Shown in pieces: positions 44,633 through 52,991 of a stretch of 64,000 bases of DNA; position 1 is the first letter of the stretch; every line of letters starts with the position of its first letter. Under the pieces are notes generated by a model that did not search any database, had not been told where the DNA came from, and saw only the letters and a list, made by a program, of their open reading frames with translations. Both the position numbers and the translations under genes were made by a program. Source of the DNA: Terriglobia bacterium. GTDB lineage: Bacteria > Acidobacteriota > Terriglobia > 20CM-2-55-15. The DNA is taken from the NCBI GenBank assembly GCA_965218585.1, contig CBDCLE010000017.1:205346-269345 (forward strand), read 5' to 3'.

Positions 44633-45115
44633 CTACTCGTCTTGTTCGTCGACTCCCAGGGCCTCTTCGGCCTCGGACCGAGACGTAAAGCCCATCTCGA
44701 TCCACTCGGGCCACTCCTCGGTCCGCTGGTTGGCTCTGCAGCCGCCATCGCTCGGATTGTAGACAGTTCCGTCCTCGGTGATGACCAGGCCCATGGCGCC
44801 GCCAGGCCTTCCGTCATGGAGCGGACAGTGGACCATCGTGATTCGTTCTCCGGGCTGGAGTGTGAAACCGTTCATGCTGGGATTCCGTCCGAGGATCGAC
44901 GCCGGAGCGGCCCCCTCGAACGCCCACTGCGTCCCTTGGTCGTCTTGAACGTACATCAGGACGTGCGGACTGTTGAACCCCCAGCGCGCCACCTCGCCGG
45001 TGACTACCTCTTCCTTTGAGTCGTCGAACATGGTGAAGCTGTGATGAGCCTCGACGGCGAGCGCGGTCAGGCCGACCACCAGTGACGCACACACCAACAT
45101 CCGAAGTTTCTTCAT
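44633..45115 (-). CDS. DUF6152-like secreted protein
   Basis: AHHSF after the signal peptide, FNSPH, WAFEG. Confidence 0.75.
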   Translation of the reverse strand: MKKLRMLVCASLVVGLTALAVEAHHSFTMFDDSKEEVVTGEVARWGFNSPHVLMYVQDDQGTQWAFEGAAPASILGRNPSMNGFTLQPGERITMVHCPLHDGRPGGAMGLVITEDGTVYNPSDGGCRANQRTEEWPEWIEMGFTSRSEAEEALGVDEQDE

Positions 45116-45139
45116 TTTTTCTCTCCTGAACAGTCTTAA

Positions 45140-46105
45140 CTATTGCACCCGGTCGTTGAAAATCGGATTCCGCTCCTGACCCGGCAGGTCAGACGGCAAA
45201 TCCGGAGTCTGCCGCGGACCGCGGATATCGAAGTAACCTTCTTCCCCCGGAAGCAGAAACTGAGTGGTTCCCTCTTCGGTGAGATAGGTGTTCCGGTTGC
45301 TGTCGCACTCCCAGTGTCGGATCCGGAACCCGGCGTCTTCCAGATCGTGGCGACGCCTGTAGGTATAGGTCACCGTCAGCGGCTCGGCCAGCGACAGTTC
45401 GTCGTAAAAGGTGGCGTTGACGACAAGCCTCTGGTCGCCATTGGGAAAGGTCTCCAGACGCCACACCTCGACGCCCTCAAACTGGTTGCTTGTCGGCGGG
45501 AGGCCGCGAAACCAGTCGTTCGGGTAGACATCAACTGTATGGACGATCAGCATGTCACCCGCCCAGAAACCGACGCTGTCGCCGAGCGGAGAGTGGGTGC
45601 CCTCGATGTTCTGATGATCCTGGCCGACATAGATGCGCCTGTTCTCGTTCGCGAGGTCGTTGAGTTGCCAGGACTGATCCGGTGAGTTGATGAACTCGCG
45701 AACATAGGGTTCGCGCAGGAACCTGGGATAACCCGGAGCCTCGCAGGAGGTCAGCCGGTCGTACCCTTGTTGGCCGCGTTCTTCAATGAGATCCAGTCGC
45801 ATCTGGAAGGCTGCCTCGTATTCGGGCGTGAGCAGGCCCTCGACCATTTCGTCTTCCTGGACAAACGTGGATCTCGCACCGTCGCCGCCGGCGGACCACA
45901 AACCTTCCCATTTCGGCACGGTCTCGTGGGTGTGGGCTACGCCACCGTCGTGCTGTCGGTACAGGAAGTCATAGTATTCCTGCGAGGTGCGGAAGTTCTG
46001 CGGCGGGTCCATCGGCTCCGGCAGTGTCTGCGCGACGGACGGCAATGCGCTCGCCGCCAGCAACAGGCCAGCGCCATACGCCAACAAATGTTTACGAACC
46101 TTCAT
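45140..46105 (-). CDS. Secreted hypothetical protein (usual DUF6152 neighbour type)
   Basis: Signal peptide; CEAPGYPR, GDSVGFWAGDMLIVHT, WECD motifs. Confidence 0.7.
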   Translation of the reverse strand: MKVRKHLLAYGAGLLLAASALPSVAQTLPEPMDPPQNFRTSQEYYDFLYRQHDGGVAHTHETVPKWEGLWSAGGDGARSTFVQEDEMVEGLLTPEYEAAFQMRLDLIEERGQQGYDRLTSCEAPGYPRFLREPYVREFINSPDQSWQLNDLANENRRIYVGQDHQNIEGTHSPLGDSVGFWAGDMLIVHTVDVYPNDWFRGLPPTSNQFEGVEVWRLETFPNGDQRLVVNATFYDELSLAEPLTVTYTYRRRHDLEDAGFRIRHWECDSNRNTYLTEEGTTQFLLPGEEGYFDIRGPRQTPDLPSDLPGQERNPIFNDRVQ

Positions 46106-46402
46106 GGGTTCCTCCTTCCAAACTCAGCTGGGTTCCCTAACGCACGCAAACATTGCCACACTCGACGAAGATTGACAACCGGGTTAGGTCGGCGGGATCA
46201 GGGAATGAAACGGAAACGCCCCCGGATGGGACCTTTTCTGTCCTAAACCTAAGCATCTAAAAGCACTTTGGGCGTCACGCTGTATGCATCATTACTTGCA
46301 CCCGAAATGTCAGAGAACTATAATCAGCTCAGTTTCCGGACAAACCTTTTGGCGCGTTCGATTTGAGGGTCTCGAAAGATCCTTTTCCGGGGAGTGGTGC
46401 TG

Positions 46403-47344
46403 ATGCGGTGGAAAAAGTCGGTTCTTGCCTTGAGCGCGTTCTTTAGTGCGGTGCTGCTCGTCACCATTGCTGCGTACTCCCAGAACCTGCAGGACGCCCT
46501 TGAGCAGACGCTGAGCGTCAACGTCGATCTCGTACTCGTCAACGCTACGGTAAGCGACTCACAAACGGGTCGGCCGGTCACCGGAATGCAGCGACAACAT
46601 TTCGAGGTCTACGAGGATCGGGTCCAACAGGAAATCCAGTACTTCTCCGCCGAAGACGTTCCCCTGAGCGTGGGCATCATCTTCGACGTCAGCGGCAGCA
46701 TGAAGGAAAAGATGACAGTGGCACGCGACGCTGCGGTGACGTTCCTTGAAACCGGCAGCCCTCAGGACGAACACTTCCTCGTCCCGTTCAGCGGTCGAGC
46801 GGAGGTCGCACAGGATTTCACCAGCGACATCGCCAGACTGCAAAACCAGCTCATTTTCACGCCTGCTCAGGGCATGACAGCACTCTACGACGCCGTTTAT
46901 CTGGGACTCGAAAAGGTCAAAGAGGGTAGAAACCCGAAGAAAGCCCTCCTGATGATCACGGACGGTCAAGACAACCGAAGCCGCTACACTTTTGGAAACG
47001 TCCGGGAATATGTCCGTGAATCCGACGTCCAGTTGTATGCCATAGGGATCGTCGATGCGTTCAACTCTCAATTAGGACTCGGGCGCACCGGGCGTGGATT
47101 GATCGAAGAACTCTCGGATATGACCGGTGGCCGTTCGTTCTTTCCGAATTCGGTTTTTGAACTCGAGGACATCACGCGGCGAATTGCCATCGAACTCAAG
47201 AACCAATATGTCATCGGCTACTTCTCGACCAACGAGGAAACGGACGGTGAATGGCGCGACATCCAGGTCGACGTTAATCCTCCAAGAGGCGTTCCCCGCC
47301 TTTCCGTCCGCGCCAAGCAAGGCTACTACGGCCCCGTCCGTTAA
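46403..47344 (+). CDS. VWA domain protein (acidobacterial type)
   Basis: VNVDLVLV, MIDAS DVSGSM, TALYDA, ITDGQDN, QYVIGY. Confidence 0.9.
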   Translation: MRWKKSVLALSAFFSAVLLVTIAAYSQNLQDALEQTLSVNVDLVLVNATVSDSQTGRPVTGMQRQHFEVYEDRVQQEIQYFSAEDVPLSVGIIFDVSGSMKEKMTVARDAAVTFLETGSPQDEHFLVPFSGRAEVAQDFTSDIARLQNQLIFTPAQGMTALYDAVYLGLEKVKEGRNPKKALLMITDGQDNRSRYTFGNVREYVRESDVQLYAIGIVDAFNSQLGLGRTGRGLIEELSDMTGGRSFFPNSVFELEDITRRIAIELKNQYVIGYFSTNEETDGEWRDIQVDVNPPRGVPRLSVRAKQGYYGPVR

Positions 47345-47369
47345 ACAGTCCGTGGCACGGACTGATCGC

Positions 47370-48359
47370 ATGCGACGCTTTCGGGGAACACAGATCCTTT
47401 ACGGCTCTCTTCTTGCAGTGTTGCTGTCCACACCTACGGGTCTGGTCAGTGCTCAGCAACTGGAGCGCGACGAAGATCAGGAGTTCCGGATCAGCGTCGA
47501 TGTCGAACTGGTTCAGCTTCCTGTGTCGGTGTTGGACCGCGACGGCGCCCCGGTGATCGGCCTCGAACAGGAGCACTTCGAGGTGTACGAAGATGGTGTG
47601 CGCCAGGACATCTCTCTGTTCGAGCACGAAGACGTTCCCATCAGCGTTGGCCTCGTAATCGACAACAGCGGTAGCATGCGCAATAAGCGGGAACGTGTGA
47701 ACAGCGCGGCGCTGGTATTCGTGCGCGAAAGCAACCCGGAAGATGAAACCTTCGTAGTCAACTTCGACGACGAAGCTTATCTGGAACAGGATTTTACCGG
47801 CAGCATCGGAAACCTGGTCGATACGCTGGAGAACGTCGATACCCGTGGCGAAACAGCATTGAACGACGCCATCTATCTTTCACTCGAACATGTCGAGGCC
47901 GACGGGCGCATGGACAAGAAGGCGCTTCTCGTAGTCAGTGACGGAGAGGACAACGCCAGCGGGTTTGGTTTCAACCGCGTGCTGGAGCGCGCCAGAGAAG
48001 CCGAAGTGACTGTATATGTAATCGGTTTGCTCGAATTGAACGATCAGCGAGGCGGCCTGTTCCGGCGTTCGCCATCATCGAGAGCGAGACGCGAACTTCG
48101 CCAGATCGCAGAGACTACAGGAGGGCAAGCCTACTTCCCTGAAACGCTGGCTGAAGTCGAAGAGCTGTGCCGGCGCGTCGCGCACGATCTTCGCAATCAC
48201 TACACGCTCGGCTACAACCCCAGCAACAGAACATTCGACGGCACGTGGCGTGAGATTGAAGTCGAGGTCAATGCTCCCAGAGGTTTCCCCAGACTGGAAG
48301 CCCGGACCAAACCGGGCTATTACGCTCCCGACGGCCCTCCGGTTTCGGAGAACCGCTAG
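47370..48359 (+). CDS. VWA domain protein (acidobacterial type), paralogue
   Basis: DNSGSM, TALNDA, SDGEDNAS, HYTLGY. Confidence 0.9.
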   Translation: MRRFRGTQILYGSLLAVLLSTPTGLVSAQQLERDEDQEFRISVDVELVQLPVSVLDRDGAPVIGLEQEHFEVYEDGVRQDISLFEHEDVPISVGLVIDNSGSMRNKRERVNSAALVFVRESNPEDETFVVNFDDEAYLEQDFTGSIGNLVDTLENVDTRGETALNDAIYLSLEHVEADGRMDKKALLVVSDGEDNASGFGFNRVLERAREAEVTVYVIGLLELNDQRGGLFRRSPSSRARRELRQIAETTGGQAYFPETLAEVEELCRRVAHDLRNHYTLGYNPSNRTFDGTWREIEVEVNAPRGFPRLEARTKPGYYAPDGPPVSENR

Positions 48360-48377
48360 AAAAGCTATAATCGTGAA

Positions 48378-48428
48378 CTGTAGGTGCGGTCGTCGCCGAC
48401 TGTAGGCCGGCGACGACCGCACCTACAG
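48378..48428. repeat. REP-like palindrome (GTAG-type)
   Basis: CTGTAGGTGCGGTCGTCGCCG...CGGCGACGACCGCACCTACAG; same termini as the 44527 element. Confidence 0.8.
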
Positions 48429-48436
48429 GGTCTTCC

Positions 48437-49579
48437 ATGGACTTTCACAACAAAGAAATCCTGAAACGTTACGCCCGCATGGTGACCGGACGCCCGTTCG
48501 CGCCCATTCTGCTGAACATACTGGTCACCTCGGTGTGTGACATGCGGTGCATCCACTGTTTCTTCACCGACGAACTGAATGACAAGCCCCGTAAGAAGAA
48601 ACAGATGAAGATACACGAGATCGAACGCATCAGCGAAACGCTGGGTGCGAATCTCGGAGTCTTGGTCATCGCCGGTGGGGAACCGTTCACAAGGAAGGAT
48701 CTTCCCGAAGTCGCGCGCGCTTTCTATGAAAACAACCAGCTGGAATCGATCTACCTCATGTCCAACGGCCAGATCCAGCAGCGCATACTCCCCGACGTAG
48801 CCCGCATCCTTGACGAGTGTCCGAATCTCAATGTGACCGTGGCCCTTGGAATCGACGGACTCAAGGAAGAACACGAGAAGATCCGGCAGAAACCCGGCAG
48901 CTGGGACATCGCAATCGACACCGCCCGCCAGCTCCAGCAGATCAAGGCTGAGGCACCGCGCCTGGACGTGCAGACGTGTACGTGTTTTATGAACAGCAAT
49001 CAGGACCGTATCTTCGAGTGGTATGACTTTCTGAAGACCGACCTCCAGCCGGACAAGGTGAACGTCAACTACATCCGGCCGCCGTCTGCCGTACCCACAG
49101 AACTCGATATCGACGTCTCGCGCTACTATAAGCTGACCGAGCAGATCGGCCAGGATTCGGCGCATGCCGCGCTCAAAAACGAATACTCGGGAGATGCCGG
49201 CTTCTTCAAGGCCGCCATCGACGTGTACATGCACGAACTGATCGCAAAAACGGCGCTGGAGGGACGCCCCCAGCTCCGATGCTTTGCCGGCGACGCCGGT
49301 GGCGTCATCTATGACGAGGGCACGGTGTCGAGTTGCGAGATTCTCGAATCCGTGGGAAACCTTCGGGATTACGATTGGGATTTCTCCAAGCTCTGGTACT
49401 CACCCGCGATGGATGCACGCCGCGAGCAAGTTGCCGACGGCTGCTTCTGCACGCACGAGAGCAACTGCTACTACCCTTCTCTCGCCTTCAACCCGCAACA
49501 CCTGGTTCAGATCAAGAAGGTAGAACAGGACCTGAAAGATTCCGCACAGACCCGTGAGAACGAACTCGCGGCAACCTAA
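48437..49579 (+). CDS. Radical SAM protein with SPASM/twitch-like C-terminus
   Basis: CDMRCIHC, GGEP, C-terminal CFAG..SSCE..CFCTHESNC. Confidence 0.88.
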   Translation: MDFHNKEILKRYARMVTGRPFAPILLNILVTSVCDMRCIHCFFTDELNDKPRKKKQMKIHEIERISETLGANLGVLVIAGGEPFTRKDLPEVARAFYENNQLESIYLMSNGQIQQRILPDVARILDECPNLNVTVALGIDGLKEEHEKIRQKPGSWDIAIDTARQLQQIKAEAPRLDVQTCTCFMNSNQDRIFEWYDFLKTDLQPDKVNVNYIRPPSAVPTELDIDVSRYYKLTEQIGQDSAHAALKNEYSGDAGFFKAAIDVYMHELIAKTALEGRPQLRCFAGDAGGVIYDEGTVSSCEILESVGNLRDYDWDFSKLWYSPAMDARREQVADGCFCTHESNCYYPSLAFNPQHLVQIKKVEQDLKDSAQTRENELAAT

Positions 49580-50564
49580 ACAACGATCCCTCAAATCGGC
49601 AGCCCGGTCGCTGGAGGACTGGTTCAAGAAATCTCACCGTCGCCTGCCGTGGCGTGAAACCTACGATCCTTATCACGTCTGGGTTTCAGAAGTGATGTTG
49701 CAGCAGACGCAGGTCGATACGGTACTGCCGTACTACAAGCGTTTCCTCAAACGGTTCCCCACCCTTGAACGATTGGCCCGTTCGAGGGAGGACGACGTTC
49801 TCGGGCTCTGGTCCGGTCTCGGGTATTACAATCGCGCCCGCAATTTCAGGACGGCCGCGATCACGGTCATGGACGAACACGAAGGTCAGGTACCGGATTC
49901 TTATCCGGCGCTTCTTGAGCTTCCCGGAATCGGCCGCTACATGGCTGGAGCCATCATGAGCATCGCCTTCAATAAGCCGTACCCCATCGTCGACGGGAAT
50001 GTCCGACGCGTTCTCTCACGCGTCAATCAATGGAAAGACGCGACCAATGCGACACTCTGGGCAGGGGCCGATGTGATGGTCCGATTGGGCGAACCTCGTG
50101 TGGTCAACCAGGCTTTGATGGAATTGGGAGCCACTGTGTGCACACCCAAGGCACCGAACTGCAAAGCATGTCCATGGAAAAGACGTTGCGAAGCGTTCGG
50201 GACCGGGCAGCAGGAATCGATACCCCTGCCGCGAAAACGGGCAAAGACCGTACGGGTCGACCTTACGGCCGTAATCGACAGCAACCAACGCGGCGTGCTC
50301 ATGCTGGAGAACGACGGCATGTGGGAGTTCCCAACCTTTCCGTCACTTCCCGCAGGATCTTTCGAAGAGCTAGGTTCTTGCCGCCATGCAATCACACACC
50401 ACCGGGTTTACGTTCAGGTCTATCATGGAAAACTCGGCCGCAGACGCAACTATCGCCGCGTCCGATTCGACGGCCTTCCGGTCACGTCCCTCACACGCAA
50501 GATTTATCATGTCTTTGAAAAGAAGATTGAACGCAGAGACGCAGAGACGCGGAGAAAGAACTAA
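49554..50564 (+). CDS. mutY: A/G-specific adenine glycosylase
   Basis: WVSEVMLQQTQV, WSGLGYY, LPGIGRY, VDGNVRR, and the Fe-S motif CTPKAPNCKACPWKRRC. Confidence 0.95.
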   Translation: MRTNSRQPKQRSLKSAARSLEDWFKKSHRRLPWRETYDPYHVWVSEVMLQQTQVDTVLPYYKRFLKRFPTLERLARSREDDVLGLWSGLGYYNRARNFRTAAITVMDEHEGQVPDSYPALLELPGIGRYMAGAIMSIAFNKPYPIVDGNVRRVLSRVNQWKDATNATLWAGADVMVRLGEPRVVNQALMELGATVCTPKAPNCKACPWKRRCEAFGTGQQESIPLPRKRAKTVRVDLTAVIDSNQRGVLMLENDGMWEFPTFPSLPAGSFEELGSCRHAITHHRVYVQVYHGKLGRRRNYRRVRFDGLPVTSLTRKIYHVFEKKIERRDAETRRKN

Positions 50565-50666
50565 TCCTTTTTTTTACGCGTCGAATCTCTGCCTGAATGG
50601 AGATAAGGTTCGAAGAATCAGGGCAACTCGCTTTCGCATCTATAAACCCCTCTGCGCCTCTGCGTT
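50530..50666. repeat. Inverted GCAGAG-type repeat element
   Basis: AACGCAGAGACGCAGAG at 50530 pairs with CTCTGCGCCTCTGCGTT at 50650-50666. Confidence 0.65.
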
Positions 50667-50677
50667 GTGGATCTCTC

Positions 50678-51877
50678 TCAGTCCAGTTCGCTCATGAACT
50701 CTTCGATACGGTCGAGGGCCTTTTCCAGGTTTTCCATGGACGCGGCATAAGAGATACGGATGTGTTCCTTTGTGCCGAAAGCAATGCCGGGGACGACAGC
50801 CACCTGCTTCTTCTCGAGCAATTGAACCGAGAAATCAACGATATCTTTGACACCCCGTTCAAAAGCGGTGGATACGTTGGGATACGCGTAAAACGCTCCG
50901 CCCGGTTCCGGACATTCGACTCCCGGTATGGACCGGAGGCGATCAACGACATATCGACGGCGTCGACTGTATTCGCCCAGCATTTCACCGACCGATTCCT
51001 GTGGGCCCTGGAAGGCTTCGACCGCTGCTTTCTGCGCGATCGAGGTGGGATTCGAAGTGGAGTGGCTTTGAAGCTTGCTCATTCCCTTGATCAGCGCTGA
51101 ATTCCCCAGGACAAACCCCACACGCCATCCTGTCATGGCGTAGGTCTTGGAGACCGAACCGACGACGACAATGGTGTCCTTGAACTCGAGATGGGAAGCG
51201 ATCGAAAAAGGTTTTCGGCCCTCATACAAGAAATAGGCGTAGCACTCATCGGTGAGGAGCATCACTCCCTTTTCCTTGCAGAGCCCGGCAATTCGGACGA
51301 ACTGATCGTCGTCGAGAACCGCGCCGCTTGGATTGCTGGGTGAGTTCACGACCAACAGGCGGGTCCTGGGTGTGATGGCAGCTTCAACCATGTCTGCGGT
51401 CAAGCGAAAGCCCTGCTCCTCGAGCGTCTCGACGAAGATGGGTTCCGAGCCGACATAGCGGGCTACATCAGCAAACGTCACCCAGTAGGGCGTCGGAATC
51501 ACGACCTCGTCGCCATGATCCACCAGAGCTGAGAACACGTTAAAAATAGAGTGCTTCGCTCCGACGTTGAGCATGACTTCCGTCATCTCATACGCGGAGC
51601 CGAAATCCTGGCTGTGACGCTCGATGACCGATCTCTTCAATTCCGTGATGCCGCTTGCAGCCGTGTACTTGCTGAAGTCTGCCTCGATGGCCCGAATTCC
51701 AGCCTGCTTGATGTTTTCGGGCGTTGGAAAATCGGGTTCGCCTGCACTCAGGTCCACGACGTCCACGCCCTGTTCACGCAGCCGACTTGCGGCCTCAGCA
51801 ACCGCCATGGTTTGTGAAGCGGAAATGCGGGAAATTCTCTCGGTCAATCTCAGGTCCATGTTCTCTTCGGTCCTCAT
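50678..51877 (-). CDS. Class I PLP aminotransferase (aspartate aminotransferase-like)
   Basis: GEPDF, NSPSNPSG, DECY, SKTYAMTGWRVG. Confidence 0.93.
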   Translation of the reverse strand: MRTEENMDLRLTERISRISASQTMAVAEAASRLREQGVDVVDLSAGEPDFPTPENIKQAGIRAIEADFSKYTAASGITELKRSVIERHSQDFGSAYEMTEVMLNVGAKHSIFNVFSALVDHGDEVVIPTPYWVTFADVARYVGSEPIFVETLEEQGFRLTADMVEAAITPRTRLLVVNSPSNPSGAVLDDDQFVRIAGLCKEKGVMLLTDECYAYFLYEGRKPFSIASHLEFKDTIVVVGSVSKTYAMTGWRVGFVLGNSALIKGMSKLQSHSTSNPTSIAQKAAVEAFQGPQESVGEMLGEYSRRRRYVVDRLRSIPGVECPEPGGAFYAYPNVSTAFERGVKDIVDFSVQLLEKKQVAVVPGIAFGTKEHIRISYAASMENLEKALDRIEEFMSELD

Positions 51878-51945
51878 GTGAATTCGGCTAGTGGCAATTG
51901 GATGTCAGCTCGATCGGAAGGGCTCGGGGCCCGGTCTTCGAACAA

Positions 51946-52431
51946 CTACTTGAAGCGGTCGTTCAAAGCCTTTTCTACAACCTCAGGGACGAGCCCCTCG
52001 AGGGACCCTCTATTTTCGGCTATCTCGCGAACCAGACGCGAGCTCAGGTAGGAATAATTTTCTGCCGGAAGCATGAAAAACGTTTCAATCTCAGGTCGAA
52101 AACGCCGGTTCATCAGGGCCATCTGGAGTTCGTATTCGTAATCGGAAACCGCCCGAATTCCACGAACGATAACGTTCGCGCCTTTTTGTTCGGCGTATTC
52201 CACGAGCAATCCCTGGAACACATCCACATCCACGTTGGTTATACCTGACGGAATCGACTGCTGGATGAGTTCTACCCGCTCATCGGAAGAAAACAGCGGT
52301 TCCTTCTGAGGGTTAACCAGGATGGCCACCATAACGTTCCCGAAAAGCTTGCTGCTCCTCTCGATGATGTCCAGGTGCCCGTTCGTGACCGGATCAAAAG
52401 TGCCCGGATAGATCGCGTTCGTTCGCTTCAC
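51946..52431 (-). CDS. coaD: Phosphopantetheine adenylyltransferase
   Basis: YPGTFDPVTNGHLDI, RGIRAVSDYEYE, SSRLVRE. Confidence 0.97.
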   Translation of the reverse strand: MKRTNAIYPGTFDPVTNGHLDIIERSSKLFGNVMVAILVNPQKEPLFSSDERVELIQQSIPSGITNVDVDVFQGLLVEYAEQKGANVIVRGIRAVSDYEYELQMALMNRRFRPEIETFFMLPAENYSYLSSRLVREIAENRGSLEGLVPEVVEKALNDRFK

Positions 52432-52989
52432 TCACTCCTCCGGCTCGTAGAAAGTCAGCGCGCTGTCGCCCTGAGGATGTGTCCGCAAATGGACGAGCCC
52501 GGCAATGTTAGCGGGCATTTGGACCGACCGCAAATGCTCGGCGACGACCACGGCCCCCTCTCTGAGGAGCGCATCCGATCCGAGTCGTTCCAGGTCCCTC
52601 TGGTACAGGTCCTCGCGCTCGTAGGGTGGATCGAGAACCACAATGTCGAAAACGACGTCCTCACGGAGGAAAACGCTGAAAGCCTCGCCGAGCTCCATCT
52701 TGAGGACGCGGTACTCCTCTTCGACGTTCAGGGATTCCAGGTTGTCACGAATCGCTCTACCGGCCTTCGATGCGCTGTCCACGAAGTATACCGATCGAGC
52801 ACCTCGGCTCATCGCCTCGAGCCCTATCGCGCCAACTCCGGCATAAGCATCCAGGAATGTTGATTCTATTACGCGATCCCCCAGAATGTTAAACAGGGTT
52901 TCCCGAAGCTTGTCGCTGGTGGGCCTGGTTGCCTCCGGCGGGCCGGCCTTCAGGCGGCGACTTCTGTATCGTCCCGCAATAATACGCAT
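52432..52989 (-). CDS. rsmD: 16S rRNA G966 methyltransferase
   Basis: MRIIAG..RPTSDKLRETLFNIL, DAYAGVG, LDPPY. Confidence 0.95.
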   Translation of the reverse strand: MRIIAGRYRSRRLKAGPPEATRPTSDKLRETLFNILGDRVIESTFLDAYAGVGAIGLEAMSRGARSVYFVDSASKAGRAIRDNLESLNVEEEYRVLKMELGEAFSVFLREDVVFDIVVLDPPYEREDLYQRDLERLGSDALLREGAVVVAEHLRSVQMPANIAGLVHLRTHPQGDSALTFYEPEE

Positions 52990-52991
52990 CC

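Noticed and set aside
46140-46160. Sigma-54 promoter (TGGCAATGTTTGC)
   Set aside because: GG-to-GC spacing does not fit the -24/-12 consensus.
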